A DNA stretch of 63,328 nucleotides, the filler included, from Globobulimina sp. (Eukaryota): the NCBI GenBank assembly GCA_003354225.1. It is 44 parts of 44 records of this genome, joined end to end, with 100 filler letters (N's around TTAATTAATTAA, not from the genome) between each part and the next. Parts side by side here need not be neighbours in the genome. Positions count along the whole stretch, not along the records: positions 24,516 to 25,857 come from PIVH01018323.1; positions 25,958 to 27,299 come from PIVH01018324.1; positions 27,400 to 28,741 come from PIVH01018325.1; positions 28,842 to 30,183 come from PIVH01018326.1; positions 30,284 to 31,625 come from PIVH01018327.1; positions 31,726 to 33,067 come from PIVH01018328.1; positions 33,168 to 34,508 come from PIVH01018329.1; positions 34,609 to 35,949 come from PIVH01018330.1; 36 more parts are not named here. One strand, 5' to 3'. Every line of letters begins with the position of its first letter. Position 1 is the stretch's first letter. Positions 24,516 to 37,120 of the stretch are shown here, piece by piece. The translations under genes and the position numbers were made by a program. The notes under the pieces were generated by a model, which was not told the DNA's origin, ran no database searches, and worked only from the letters and a program-made list of their open reading frames with translations.

Positions 24516-25419
24516 TCAAGAAATTCTCATGTATGTAAGGTACATTGATGACTGCTTCCTTGTGGCTAAAAATATGACTTCTTTGCAAGCATTTTTGAAT
24601 GAACTTGATATACTTGATGATTTTAAAAGGATACAATTTACTATGGAAATGGAATCAGAAGAAAAGCTCCCTTTTTTGGACTGTCTCATGTATAGAACTG
24701 ATAACGCCATGCAGTGCTCTGTTTATCGGAAAAAGACTGATACAGGACGATACACTCATTTCGATTCATTTCAACCAACTTATCAGAAAACCATCAGCAT
24801 TGAAAGTCTTGCTCGACGAAGCCATCAAATTTCCTCTTCACATTCAAGTCTTATTGATGAGAAAAAACTGTTACATTCCCAATTCACTAATTGTGGTTAT
24901 CCAGAAAATTTGATTACACCTAAGTTGAATCCTATCAAGCCATCAAAACAGCCTATGAAAATGCCTGGAATTACTGTATCCTTACCATATTATGGTAATT
25001 TAACAACCAAGATCAGCCGTTTTCTAGCAAGATTTGGTGTTAAAACTTTCACACGAAAAGGAGTTACAATGGGACATTCTCTATACAAGAACAGCCCTGA
25101 AATTGACCCTAAAGATGTTGTGTATCAAATACCTTGTGCCGACTGTGGGGCCTCTTATGTAGGAAGAACTACCCGACACTTTAATTGTCGAATTAAAGAA
25201 CACAAAAGATCTATTGAGATAAAGAAAGACGATAAACACCCTCTGTACAAACATGCATTAAAAGAAGGTCACTCAATAGACTTTGATAGCGTCCGGGTGC
25301 TAGACAGAGGGCAGAAAACCATACTAGACACAAAAGAACAATTCTGGATAGAAAAGACAAGGCAGTCTGTTAATTTACCAGAATGGAGGCCCCACCCTAG
25401 TCTGACTGCTGCCATTTAG
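24516..25419 (+). mobile_element. Penelope-like retroelement: RT C-terminus plus GIY-YIG endonuclease
   Basis: YVRYIDD, IQFTMEME, LPFLD, VYRKKT, SLPYY; VVYQIPCADCGASYVGRT..RIKEH..LYKH..E..N. Confidence 0.96.
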
Positions 25420-25529
25420 ACTATTTGTTCCTTTCCCTCTTACATACTATTAATGGTTGGAAACTATTTCAATCTTTTTGATTTTATTTTATTGTGATAT
25501 ATTGTATTAATTGGTTCTTATTGTAGGGT

Positions 25530-25572
25530 TTGACCTGATGATGCAGTTGGTATAACTGTGAAAATTTGTCAA
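25530..25572 (+). ncRNA. Minimal type I hammerhead ribozyme in the Penelope terminal repeat
   Basis: TTGAC-CTGATGA-T-GCAGTT(GGTAT)AACTGT-GAAA-ATTT-GTCAA: both core boxes, stems I and II pair; followed by AATAAA. Confidence 0.85.
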
Positions 25573-26165
25573 TAAAGATTTATTTCTTTTCGTTGCCAGT
25601 AGCCATCAAACATTTAATTCAATATGAATATCGATCGGCAACAAAGCCTCAGACTTAAACAGTTTTATACTCGAAAAGGAACAGTTATTACTTCAAGTTT
25701 GCACTTGTTTTAGCTCAGAACTGGGTAGAGAATTAATAATAAACTTTATTTATATATTTAACTATTGTAATAAAGTACTGGGTGGAATAAAAGAATAATA
25801 AAAACAAAAACAAAAGAGAAGGATCAAGGTTATATTACTTGAGCGGAAGCTTTGCAANNNNNNNNNNNNNNNNNNNNNNNNNNNNNNNNNNNNNNNNNNN
25901 NTTAATTAATTAANNNNNNNNNNNNNNNNNNNNNNNNNNNNNNNNNNNNNNNNNNNNTAAGAGTGGGCGCAGGATCGATTCGCGATTTCACGTAATTAAA
26001 TTCCATCTGTGCAGCTGTAAAATATTTGATGATGATATCGCTATTTATCCCCTTGGGAAAAGCGATTTTTTTAAGCTTCCCATGGGTTTCGTTCACTTAA
26101 TATGGAACTAGTTGGATTTATTTGGAAAAAAAAAAAGAAAAAAAAAAGTTTTTGGGTGTCACCTC

Positions 26166-26999
26166 TCAATATCTGGTGTATAAATCGTCATAGTCATAAT
26201 CGATATCAGCAACTTTAGCACAACACCAAACACACAATAAAACTATCGCTGATGCGCCTGGAATATAACATAAAGCCCTTATTATCAGCGCAATAGGTTC
26301 CCTTTGACAGTAATAATTCATTTGTATATCACACATAATTAATCCAATCATAGTCCAGGCCAAATTAAACATCGCCAAACAAATCATACAACGTCCCCAA
26401 AGTACACGACCCCGTGTCATATTAACGATCCTTTTCACGATACCATTCCATAACAGAGATGCAATTTGAGTGAAAGCCAGAATAAATACATATGTTTTCA
26501 AATCAACAATGTATTCATAGTGCATGTCATTACACGGAGATGTTTCATGTCGATACTTTGCAGCAATAACAATTCCGGCAATACTTAGCGACAACGGTCC
26601 CAAATAAAGCAATGTTATGAAAAATAAATGCGGCACACCGGATGATATCAAACCTTCCGTTGCCTGGTATACGCCCATCACATTAGCAATGCGATCCACA
26701 TCAATTTCAATCGATTCCTTACTGTCATCTGTCGGGTCCTTATTATAATTACATTCATAACTACGGGTATCACGGCCGCTATTTCCGACGCAATAAATCA
26801 TGGGCTGCTGTGGTGTTAATTTTTTTTGGTTCATTCGAAGCATCGCCTTTTTAGCAGCAACGTAAGGATGAATGGCATGCGATTTCAATGTCAAAATCGT
26901 ATCTAATGCACTATGAACTCTGTATAAAATATTTGTTGGTCTTTTCAACCATTTTGGTATATTCATCATATAAAAGTAGTTGATCCATAGATATATCAT
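26166..26999 (-). CDS. Hypothetical 4-TM membrane protein
   Basis: Four hydrophobic helices with Cys-containing loops in the C-terminal half. Confidence 0.6.
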   Translation of the reverse strand: MIYLWINYFYMMNIPKWLKRPTNILYRVHSALDTILTLKSHAIHPYVAAKKAMLRMNQKKLTPQQPMIYCVGNSGRDTRSYECNYNKDPTDDSKESIEIDVDRIANVMGVYQATEGLISSGVPHLFFITLLYLGPLSLSIAGIVIAAKYRHETSPCNDMHYEYIVDLKTYVFILAFTQIASLLWNGIVKRIVNMTRGRVLWGRCMICLAMFNLAWTMIGLIMCDIQMNYYCQREPIALIIRALCYIPGASAIVLLCVWCCAKVADIDYDYDDLYTRY

Positions 27000-27399
27000 C
27001 GTGATGTTTTAAAACTATTTTTTGCAATATTGTTGATTTTAAATCTAACGCAACCAAAAAGCCTTTAAATCCATATGATTGACATAATTGTTGCTTAATT
27101 ACAGAATCTAATAATAACATTTTTTTTGATATAAACCTGGAGGATTTGTAACATGTTTCCAGCTGAATTATTGGTATAACTTTAAAGTTATTCATGGTTA
27201 AAAACAAAGTGATTGCAATAATTTGTTTGTGTTGGGTGGGCTCTGTCTGCTCTTTTGTGTGGTGTGGGCTCTGTCTGCTTTTGTGTGTGTCGTCTAACCN
27301 NNNNNNNNNNNNNNNNNNNNNNNNNNNNNNNNNNNNNNNNNNNTTAATTAATTAANNNNNNNNNNNNNNNNNNNNNNNNNNNNNNNNNNNNNNNNNNNN

Positions 27400-28419
27400 T
27401 GTTCTATTTACAGTGGCTTGAATGGAATGGGCGATTTTAAGAAAATTAGCACTTTTACATCCGATTATAAATACAAAGTCAACCAAGCAATGATTGACAC
27501 AGAATCAGCTCGTTTATTGAATTATAAATGGAACCTCAATAAATTGCAGCAGTTTACTAAGGATAAAATCATTAATTTGCAAGATATCTTCAATTTCAGT
27601 ATTCAAGATCTATCCGATAAATTACAGGTTATTAATCATTCGAACGTCGCCAATAACTCTGTCTTAAATATTTCCCACTCCAATTCCAACATATCACCCA
27701 ACAATGAACCTAACTTTGATCCATTTGATTTGTCAATGTATGGCAGCCCGCATTCCAATATCGATGACATGAAATATCCTGCGCCCAATCAAAATTCTGA
27801 TCTTAGTCATTTGGAATCGCAATTATATCTTCGGAGCTTTCCCATTGCGGATATTACCAACGACGACACCACCCATACTGACGAATCAGCTCCACTTAAT
27901 CCTCTCTCATCAATTGATTTCCAGCGAGATGACCCATTCCAACAACCACAACTCCTCAACACCAGAATCCTTAATAATTTATCATTATTTACACCATCTG
28001 AGTCTCACGAATCAGATACTTCTTATTTGCAGTCAGAAACTGCCAAACAACCGTCCGTCGACCACACAGACTTCAATCCATTACTTCCTATCACTGAAAA
28101 TTATGTCATCCCATTTGATGACAATTTGCAAAGCTTTGGCCATCCCGTCCCTGAATCCCAAGTATCTGATTTTAATAACTTCCAGAACGACATCTTGGAT
28201 ATTTCTCGCATCACGTTATCGCGACACGAATATTTACCAGACCCAGATTCAGAGAATGATGTCAGTCACGTTGGCCTGCCTCACAAATCACATACAATCA
28301 ACTATGATAATGATGATTGTAATTCTAACATTGATTATGACTATGCTGCACATCGTGATTCCGGGTCCGATGCTAATAATATCGACGAAAAGATCAGTGA
28401 ATTAGATTACGTTGATTAG
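27400..28419 (+). CDS. Hypothetical protein with long D/N/S/P-rich disordered C-terminus, 5'-partial
   Basis: Open frame of more than 330 aa; no motif recognised. Confidence 0.5.
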   Translation, partial: CSIYSGLNGMGDFKKISTFTSDYKYKVNQAMIDTESARLLNYKWNLNKLQQFTKDKIINLQDIFNFSIQDLSDKLQVINHSNVANNSVLNISHSNSNISPNNEPNFDPFDLSMYGSPHSNIDDMKYPAPNQNSDLSHLESQLYLRSFPIADITNDDTTHTDESAPLNPLSSIDFQRDDPFQQPQLLNTRILNNLSLFTPSESHESDTSYLQSETAKQPSVDHTDFNPLLPITENYVIPFDDNLQSFGHPVPESQVSDFNNFQNDILDISRITLSRHEYLPDPDSENDVSHVGLPHKSHTINYDNDDCNSNIDYDYAAHRDSGSDANNIDEKISELDYVD

Positions 28420-30426
28420 CTATCAAACACATCCCTCATATTAAGCAATTTTCACCTGTTTCATCTTTGCGTTATTTCACTCATTATTTCACTCTTTGTC
28501 TATCTCATTTCATTTCATTTCATTTCTCCCCCCCCTTTTTTTATCAATAATATTCAATATTTCTTCTATGATTTTTATTTATCTTATTCTGCCTTATTCT
28601 GTTTTATTTCTTCATTCTCATTTTGTTTACTTTTTATTACACTCTTTTTACTTTTTATATTTTATTTTTCATTTTTCAGTTTTGACTTTTTGTTTCATTT
28701 TAAAATTTTAAAATATTAAATTTTTATAATAATAAAATAATNNNNNNNNNNNNNNNNNNNNNNNNNNNNNNNNNNNNNNNNNNNNTTAATTAATTAANNN
28801 NNNNNNNNNNNNNNNNNNNNNNNNNNNNNNNNNNNNNNNNNTTGCGTATCGCAATGTTTCTCTTTATTGAGCTTGAATCGTAACGTTAATCTCGTCCTAT
28901 CTTTCTGTATTAATATTGGATTTTTTGCACACTCCAAACGCGCACTTATTTTAACATTAAGTACCTTTTCAGAAACACGGTGTTTCTCAAATTTGAAATG
29001 ACATACATAGCGACCCAATGGCACTGGATATATTTGTGATTCTGTCAATATTTCTTCAATATTCCAGTTATATGCACCTTTAAGCGAATACGTCGACAAT
29101 GCCATATATACTGCAACGCCTTAACCAATAACACAAAAACACACCAAAAAAAAATTAGAGTACGTTCAAATATTTTGTACAAAAAAACAAAGCGATATTG
29201 ATTCACGAAAGCTGTGCAAATAATATGCAAAACTGCATGAATAGTGAAGATCTGCGGGAATATCTGTTGGACGAACAAGCTAAACCAGATGACACCCAAA
29301 GCACCACGTGTTCACTCTAAATGATAGCAGCAATACAACAAACATAAATATTTTTAAATCAATTCGTTTGGAAACGATGCAAATTATGACGTTTTTTGTT
29401 TCGATCAGTAAACAAATGTAAATAATGAATTTATATAATAAAGAAATAGATATTTTTTAATAGAATATCAAATAGGTTAATTGTAAAGAAACTAAGGGCG
29501 ACAACATAGCCGCTATGAGAAAGTTGTATACACACAAATACACAAACAGAGGCCAGTGGGCGCACCAAAGATCATAAATATAATATGCTACATATGCAGT
29601 ACAGTTATATTCAAGCGTACCTGTAATGGTAAATATCGATTGTAGTCAAAATATTATTTGTAGAATTAATCATCATCATCGTGTTTGTTTTTCGTTTTTG
29701 GTGTATATAAACATACCAATCAGTAATCTGACAGTTCCACCGGCAATAATTCTAAACAAAAAAAATTCAAAAAATATATTTGTGGATTAAATGTGTTGAG
29801 TGTTGATATCAAGCAGAAATAAGAAAGAAATAATGTTGGATTTGGGAATTTGGAATGGATGAAAAGAAGTGGGATTTGGGTATTTGGGATGGATAATTTT
29901 TGATAATGGCTGGGAATTTGGGATGGATGGAAACATCATGATATTGGCGAAAGGTAGAAGCTGTGATATTTTGTATGGAATATTTACATTTAATTCTTGT
30001 CTTGAGTTTAATTTGGTTCTTTTGTGAATTATTAGGAGTGGGAGATAGAAGAAAAAAGAAGTGAGTGTTGAAATTGTTGATGAAAGTTTTCTCAGGCTAT
30101 TAAAAAGATATCCTCCCACTTGACACGGTATCTATCCGAACCTCGTTAATACTGTATATATATATATCTGATTACAAATTATTNNNNNNNNNNNNNNNNN
30201 NNNNNNNNNNNNNNNNNNNNNNNNNNNTTAATTAATTAANNNNNNNNNNNNNNNNNNNNNNNNNNNNNNNNNNNNNNNNNNNNTTCCAATCAATGTTTAT
30301 TATGGAATGTCTAAAACACATCGTCGATCGTCTGAGCCACATATTCAAGATAAAAAGGTACGCATATTGTATATATGCTATGTGTTGATATTCGACTTAT
30401 AATATCATATTTTATACTTTCACCAT

Positions 30427-31625
30427 ATGCAGTCTGATGGAGATAGCCGACTAGTTTCAAGACAACCGCCAGTCAACGTACACGTCCATAATCTAATCCG
30501 TTTGTATTCACGCATAACAGCATCCACTCCATCAATTCAATGCGAACATCACGCAACAAAATTACATAAACAGCGTGTCTTAAATCGTCTTGGTATAGGC
30601 TCTATAAATCAATCTAAGCAACCTGCAAAACCAACAAATCCTACAACAGATGCAACACAATCCAACAACACAAAAGCACCACAAACACAAACCACAAAAG
30701 CAACCAACGAGACCGCACCAACATCACCACCCGAACCCATACAACTGACCCAACCGCCCGACAATCATTACAAACACATCAAGCTCCAAACACCGCAGCA
30801 TACTCCCAATGGCAAACCACGCCCAAACCGCAACCTCTATCGACGCAGATCCACGTTCACGCCGTCACGTAGCTACTCTGTGGATTACACCATCACGCCC
30901 TTCAGCCACAAAAACAAACGCAAAAAGCGCAGAAAATCGCCCGCGTTCTCCTCCATTACACGCGACCTCGAATCCAAACACAAAAAACGGTCTCACTCAT
31001 TCTCAATCTCACGTACATACGAATCGCATCAAAATGATCAAAATACCAGTAATTGCAAAGCATACTCACGCAGATTACCCACTCGTTACTCCCCGTCGAT
31101 TACACAATATTCACCGCAGGATCTCCAAATCACACCGCCACCGCAACAGTTGCCCCCTGTCATTGACATGGCCATCACTCCGCAGACGCATAAAAGAGAT
31201 AAGAATCTGAGAATAAATATAAGGCAAAGATCACATTCCCTCTCTCGCTCGTTTTCAAAGTCCAAACCAAAACCGAAAGCATACAAAAAAGAAAATACAT
31301 TGAATATCCCGTCCAGCTTCAACGTGGCCCACATTCTGGAAATGAGCGATCATGAAAACGAACGTGAAACCAAAGAAGAACAAGAAACCATTCAGATCAA
31401 TAATGGCAAATCGTTACTATTTTCGTCTTGGTTCTCATCTGAGAAAAACGAGGAATGTGATGATGTTTTGCTGGATATCAATCAGTCCGAAATTGACGAT
31501 GTGATCAATGCCATAAATGATATAAACTCATCGCCGTCCAACGACAACGAGGAGGTACTCGCCAACGGCAAGAAGGAAGGCAGTGTCATCGCGGAAAGCC
31601 AATCCAACGCGTCCTTTACGACGGG
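30427..31625 (+). CDS. Low-complexity disordered protein, partial
   Basis: About 400-aa ORF rich in T/P/S/R/K, preceded by a likely GT-AG intron. Confidence 0.55.
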
Positions 31626-31867
31626 NNNNNNNNNNNNNNNNNNNNNNNNNNNNNNNNNNNNNNNNNNNNTTAATTAATTAANNNNNNNNNNNNNNNNNNN
31701 NNNNNNNNNNNNNNNNNNNNNNNNNGGAATGCCGTCGATCAGGAGCGCCCTATGCAGTGGTCTTTTACGTTAAGTTTGCATTTTGTTCACGCTGACATTA
31801 TTATGCCTTGTTTAGTGAAAAGTTTTTTTAGTCCTAAAATAACAGTTTTTTTTTATCCATTGACAGA

Positions 31868-32715
31868 GTAAGGATGAGCGACATGTGTGGAGCTATTATT
31901 CTGTTGGGCCACCGTATATGATGCATATTGATGACTGGAGGTTGGTTTCGCCGAAATGGATTGAATACTCTCCAAACGCATTGGAATGGGATCCTCCGCC
32001 GAGTATCTTGGCTGAAATGTATTCCTTTGTGCTTGCCTGTGCTATATACAACTTGAAACACGAATATTTGCTGAGTATGGTATCACATCCAGATTCAAAT
32101 AAATTTATGGAAAACACGTTTGATATCGATCTAAAAAATATGAATGAATTCAAATTTCATATTTTGCACTATTGTCATGGATATTGGCTGGGAAAAGATA
32201 GACCGGTGGGGACCATAAGAAATGGAGGTTAATAAAAATCAGTTTCAAACTGAATCATTTTTACTGAAATTTATAAAAAAGTTTCAAACTGAAAAGAAAA
32301 TATTGATCGAGTTAATTTTTTTTCAGTTTGAAACTGAAAAATATGAAAAGTAAAAATATTTTTTTTTATAGGTTGGAATTTCCATAAAGGACATATTCCG
32401 ATGGATTTCTTGTATGATTGCTCCATTCCATTATTGACGGAAGTTGTGGATGATAATGATAATGAGTTTGAGTTGCAAATGTTTAAAGAAAGGGACAAAT
32501 CGAAAATAGAAGGCCAATATGGTATGGTTTGGGTTTTGAATGTGTTGATTAAAAGAATAAATAAAGCTGTCATGAACTACAAAATGAAATATTGTGATAA
32601 TTGGGAACCTACATATTTGTTAGCACTGCAACAACCGGAAGCAGATGCCAATGGGAGGCGAATGAATTATATTTTGGGTGATTATGATAGTGGTAAATCA
32701 TGGAAAGGTGCTTAG
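31868..32715 (+). CDS. Peptidyl-serine galactosyltransferase / hydroxyproline arabinosyltransferase-like glycosyltransferase, 5'-partial, spliced
   Basis: VGPPYMMHIDDWR..W and LAEMYSFVLACA, ILHYC, then WNFHK after an intron at about 32228-32371. Confidence 0.75.
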
Positions 32716-33221
32716 ATAATTTAATACTTTTTGAGTGTGCTCCTTGTTGAATCTGAATATATACAAACAAATAAGTCATATTACAGTTAGGTCCTAGGTC
32801 CAACTTCCAATTATTATTCGTGTTTCATTATCTCCAGGATACATTCCAAGTATTTCTTTATCTTTATCTTTATCAAAACGATTTGAATCAAATAATAATG
32901 GTTTCTTAATTAATTTTGGGGGATTGGAATCATGAACATATAAACATTGATTACATCTATTATATCCCCATAAATAATATTTATTATTCGCTGTTTTAAT
33001 AACATTATGATATGTGTCACATTTAATATCAATAATTGTTTCCTTTTTTAATGTTTCATTTGGTTGTNNNNNNNNNNNNNNNNNNNNNNNNNNNNNNNNN
33101 NNNNNNNNNNNTTAATTAATTAANNNNNNNNNNNNNNNNNNNNNNNNNNNNNNNNNNNNNNNNNNNNATGCCGACTTTTTTAATAGTAGCAACGATCATT
33201 TCTGACATTGGAGTGTAGAGA

Positions 33222-34283
33222 TCATGAGCGTACATATCCCAAATCAGTTCCAATTTTATAGGCCATTAATTTTGCTTCATTCCATTTCCTTTTCTTAACC
33301 GTACCATTATAATCCACCTTATTTTTGATGACAAAATCTAAATATTTATTCTGTTCCAAATATTCATCTTTTTTAAATGGAACCATACAGTCATTCTCCA
33401 TGAAATATAATTCAATGCAGTAATAATAACTGTTTACAGCAGGAATGGATTCATAAACTGAACATATCCAACTTGGCAACGTTCCCTTTTTCACAGAAAC
33501 GATTTTATTCAAATACTCGGCATCTAATATTTGCTCGTTTTTTGCGTCGAGCTCTTCAATCTCTTCGTCTTTCTGATCAGCGCTCATATTCTCCCGTTCT
33601 GCGATGGTTTCGGCATCATTGAAAAACTCAAATTGCATTTTCTTCTTATATTCGAGCATCAATTTTTTCTCATATTCATATGCTAATAATTTCTGCGTTT
33701 CTGTATCAATTATTATATTATTTAATTTCTCGATGGTGTCACTTCTTAATTGTTCAATGCGTTTTAAATATTCTTTACAATGTGGCTTTGTATGGAAAAA
33801 TGGCACTGAAAATTGCGTAAAATGCCCTCTGCTGCGAAATAATGTGCCGTTGATGGTAAATACTGGATAACTAAAAGGTAAATAGGTTATTATTACACCA
33901 CACAACGGCGCTAAAAAAACTATTTCATAGATTTGATGAATATATTTTAATAACGCAGTGTTTAAAGAGTTGCATTTTGCGGTGGATGTGGCACCGATAT
34001 CTAAATGAAAATATTCATTTATGGATGGTGGGAATATATTCATTATTGCAACATCCTTTTCTCTGATATCAATCCATTGCTTTTTATTTGATTTGGATGC
34101 TGCTCTCAATTGGATATAATTAGGATATTGCAATGATACTTTTGCTTGAAATATATCACCTACAAAAAAATCTGTGTTTTTATTTAATGGCGTTTCTGGA
34201 TCATCGCCTTGGCGAATTGATATGTTCGACTTGCAAACCAAATATAACTCGTACGGGTTTGTTTTCGTCTTTTCCTCTGCCAT
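33222..34283 (-). CDS. Hypothetical protein with central coiled coil
   Basis: Complete 353-aa ORF; no family recognised. Confidence 0.6.
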   Translation of the reverse strand: MAEEKTKTNPYELYLVCKSNISIRQGDDPETPLNKNTDFFVGDIFQAKVSLQYPNYIQLRAASKSNKKQWIDIREKDVAIMNIFPPSINEYFHLDIGATSTAKCNSLNTALLKYIHQIYEIVFLAPLCGVIITYLPFSYPVFTINGTLFRSRGHFTQFSVPFFHTKPHCKEYLKRIEQLRSDTIEKLNNIIIDTETQKLLAYEYEKKLMLEYKKKMQFEFFNDAETIAERENMSADQKDEEIEELDAKNEQILDAEYLNKIVSVKKGTLPSWICSVYESIPAVNSYYYCIELYFMENDCMVPFKKDEYLEQNKYLDFVIKNKVDYNGTVKKRKWNEAKLMAYKIGTDLGYVRS

Positions 34284-34608
34284 TATACGACAAGCAAAAT
34301 ACTTTTCTGTTGAAAATGTTAAAGTGCACAGAGAAACGATACCGGGTTAATACAAAGGTTAAATTGAAAAATTAATGTAAAGTATATGCTTTTTTTTTAA
34401 CAAAATTACCGTCATTTCGTTTATTTTGTATACAAACAGAAATGACCGTCATTTTGTTTTAATGATATTCCAAGTACAAAACACATATAAAATGCAAGTA
34501 ATGAGAAANNNNNNNNNNNNNNNNNNNNNNNNNNNNNNNNNNNNNNNNNNNNTTAATTAATTAANNNNNNNNNNNNNNNNNNNNNNNNNNNNNNNNNNNN
34601 NNNNNNNN

Positions 34609-35350
34609 AGATATTGTTTCTGTTGCAAACCAAATAAGACAGTTATACGGATTTAATATGAAAGCACCAAAACCATGCAATTTATATGCAACTTCTTTTA
34701 ATGGCAGATTAAAATCGCAATTTAAACAGAAAACACATAATGACAATGACGATAATAATGACAATGGATATCAAGTGTTGGATGTTTGGAAAATGAATTT
34801 TATTTCGGAATCAATGGAAGAACATTTTAAGAACGATATAGAATCAAAAGAGAAAGAATTCATTTATTTAACATCAGAGAGTGACAATGAACTATTACGC
34901 ATTGAGGAGAATAAGATATATGTAATTGGTGCCGTTGTGGACAAGAATAAACATAAAGGATATACGCATAATTTAGCAAATAAAAACAAATGGAAACATG
35001 CGAGATTGCCAATATTAAAATATATGAAAGTAAGTGAGAATGATGGTGCATTTGCGACGCGATTAGTGATTACAATTAATCAGGTTTTCGCTATTTTATC
35101 TGCGCTGTATAATTGGAACAATAATTGGAGAAAAGCATTGCAATTTGCATTGCCAAAAAGGAAAGGCTTTGTATTAAAACAACCATTGAATTGCCAGGAA
35201 ATAAAAACTTTGGTGTTTGATGGTAATAAAATTCCGGTTGAAAGCACTAAATATCGGAAAAGTGTACGGAAATGTAATGATAATCATAATCATAATCACA
35301 ACAAAGACTGTGAAAGTGATGGAGATAATAAAGATGTCGATTTAAAATGA
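34609..35350 (+). CDS. TRM10: tRNA m1G9 methyltransferase (SPOUT), 5'-partial
   Basis: IYLTSES, IYVIGAVVDKN, HARLPI, VITINQVFAIL, W..AL..ALPKRK. Confidence 0.93.
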
Positions 35351-35393
35351 CTATTATTAATAAACTTTGTAAATTCTGCAATAAAAAAAACTT

Positions 35394-35935
35394 ATGTTAC
35401 GACAATGGCGTGTTTTGGAGCGTCCAGCGCATTCGTACGTGCTCCACATGCATCCTATTCGTAGGTCATTTGACTATTTTGGCAGCATTGCGCATCTGCA
35501 GCGCGATCCAAGGCATAGTGTATTAACAGACAAAGATTTATCTCATTTTGAATCAATAATTGACAACAGTGCAGGTAATGCAATTATATCTGCATCAAGT
35601 GAGGATTTATCATCATATAATATCGATTGGCTAAAAAAATATACTGGTAATTCGCAGCTAGTGTTAAAGCCCAAAACAAAGCAAGAAGTATCCTCCATTT
35701 TATCATATTGCAATCAAAGAAAGTTAGCGATCCATACACAAGCAGGTAATACAAGTTTAGTAGGTGGCGGGATCCCTGTTTTTGATGAAATAATATTAAA
35801 TACATCACGCATGAATAATATACTATCATTTGATGAAATATCTGGTATTTTAATCTGTGAATCTGGTGCAATTTTACAAGATGTGGATAGTTATTTGCGT
35901 CTAACCAATGACACAATATATCCATTGATTGGTAC
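35394..35935 (+). CDS. D2HGDH: D-2-hydroxyglutarate dehydrogenase, N-terminal part with likely mitochondrial presequence
   Basis: YNIDWLKKYTGNSQLVLKPKT..EVSSILSYCN..QAGNTSLVGGGIPVFDEIIL..RMNNILSFDEISGIL. Confidence 0.92.
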
Positions 35936-36099
35936 ACAAAACAAACACCNNNNNNNNNNNNNNNNNNNNNNNNNNNNNNNNNNNNNNNNNNNNTTAATTA
36001 ATTAANNNNNNNNNNNNNNNNNNNNNNNNNNNNNNNNNNNNNNNNNNNNAAAACGTTTTTTGTTTTTTCGTTGGTTTGGTGCATATTTTTTGGTTTGGT

Positions 36100-36516
36100 C
36101 TGTGCCCGGCCCGTCGACCGGGTTTGTTACCCTTTTCAAAACTTCTCGCCACGACTCACCACACACACCATGGACCCCTCCTCGCCGCTGCCCTATACTG
36201 TTTATAGATTATTATGTTTATGGATTGGTTGTTTTAAAGCATATTAAGCCCAGCGCCTCGACCGCTTTTTATATGCATATTATGGATATTATGGTTGTTT
36301 TATGCCCAGCCCGTCGACCGCTTTTTATTATGCATATTATGGTTGTTTGTAAGGCATTCTCACAAACTTTAGGTCACCACTCACCACACAGACACACACA
36401 CCCAAACACCACGCACAACAGACATATAGACCCTCCCCGCCGCTGCCCCGCCGCTGCCCCGCGACCTCCGCACAACAGACATAAACAGTGTCCTCGCCGC
36501 TGCCCTATACTGCACT
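36100..36516. repeat. Complex GC-rich repeat block
   Basis: CCTCGCCGCTGCCCTATACTG twice; TCGACCG three times; TCGACCGCTTTTTA..TGCATATTATGG twice; CCGCTGCCC tandem. Confidence 0.6.
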
Positions 36517-36619
36517 AACCCTGATTCTATTTATCTAATTTGTATACATACCAAAAATTGTATACGCAAACCAAAAAACGGAGTCAAATGACTCAGATTT
36601 GTTGAATTTTTTTATTTTT

Positions 36620-36802
36620 CTTTTCTCGGAATGGAAAACGGTGACTGCGTCACCGGATTATACCCGATGGAAAAAAACAAGAGCGCCCAGAATAAGGGAT
36701 GTCATTAAATTATATTACGAGCGGTTTGGAATACGCGTTTTTTTCAGAGGGTTGACGCCTTGTTTGATCAGAGCATTTCCCGCCAATTTGACCAATTTCT
36801 GG
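36620..36802 (+). CDS. Mitochondrial carrier (SLC25) C-terminal exon
   Basis: GIRVFFRGLTPCLIRAFPAN followed by a GTATGT donor. Confidence 0.8.
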
Positions 36803-37065
36803 GTATGTTTTTGTTTGGTTATTTTGTGCGCAGTGTGTTGGCATTGAATGTGGTTAATTGGAGAGATTACATTCGTTGTAAGGATAGGAAAAAATATGTG
36901 GTATACAATATTATTTTTCATATATTATATTATATATTCTGTATCAGTCTTTATTACTATTCTGTATTAGTATATATTACTTGCACTGTTATTTATTTAT
37001 TTTTTGTCCATTGTATGTGTGCGTAGAAAGTTTTTCGCTGTTTTGTTTATCAAAACAGTTTTAAT

Positions 37066-37120
37066 TTTACCTCTCTGAAGAAGACGTCCTTTATGGCGTC
37101 GAAACGTTAGACATTGTAAA
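37066..37120 (+). ncRNA. Minimal type I hammerhead ribozyme
   Basis: TCT-CTGAAGA-A-GACGTC(CTTTAT)GGCGTC-GAAA-CGTT-AGA, with stem I extended by TTTAC/GTAAA. Confidence 0.8.

Noticed and set aside
30125-30168. Minus-strand TATATACAGT resembling a Tc1/mariner end
   Set aside because: No matching second TIR or transposase in the contig.
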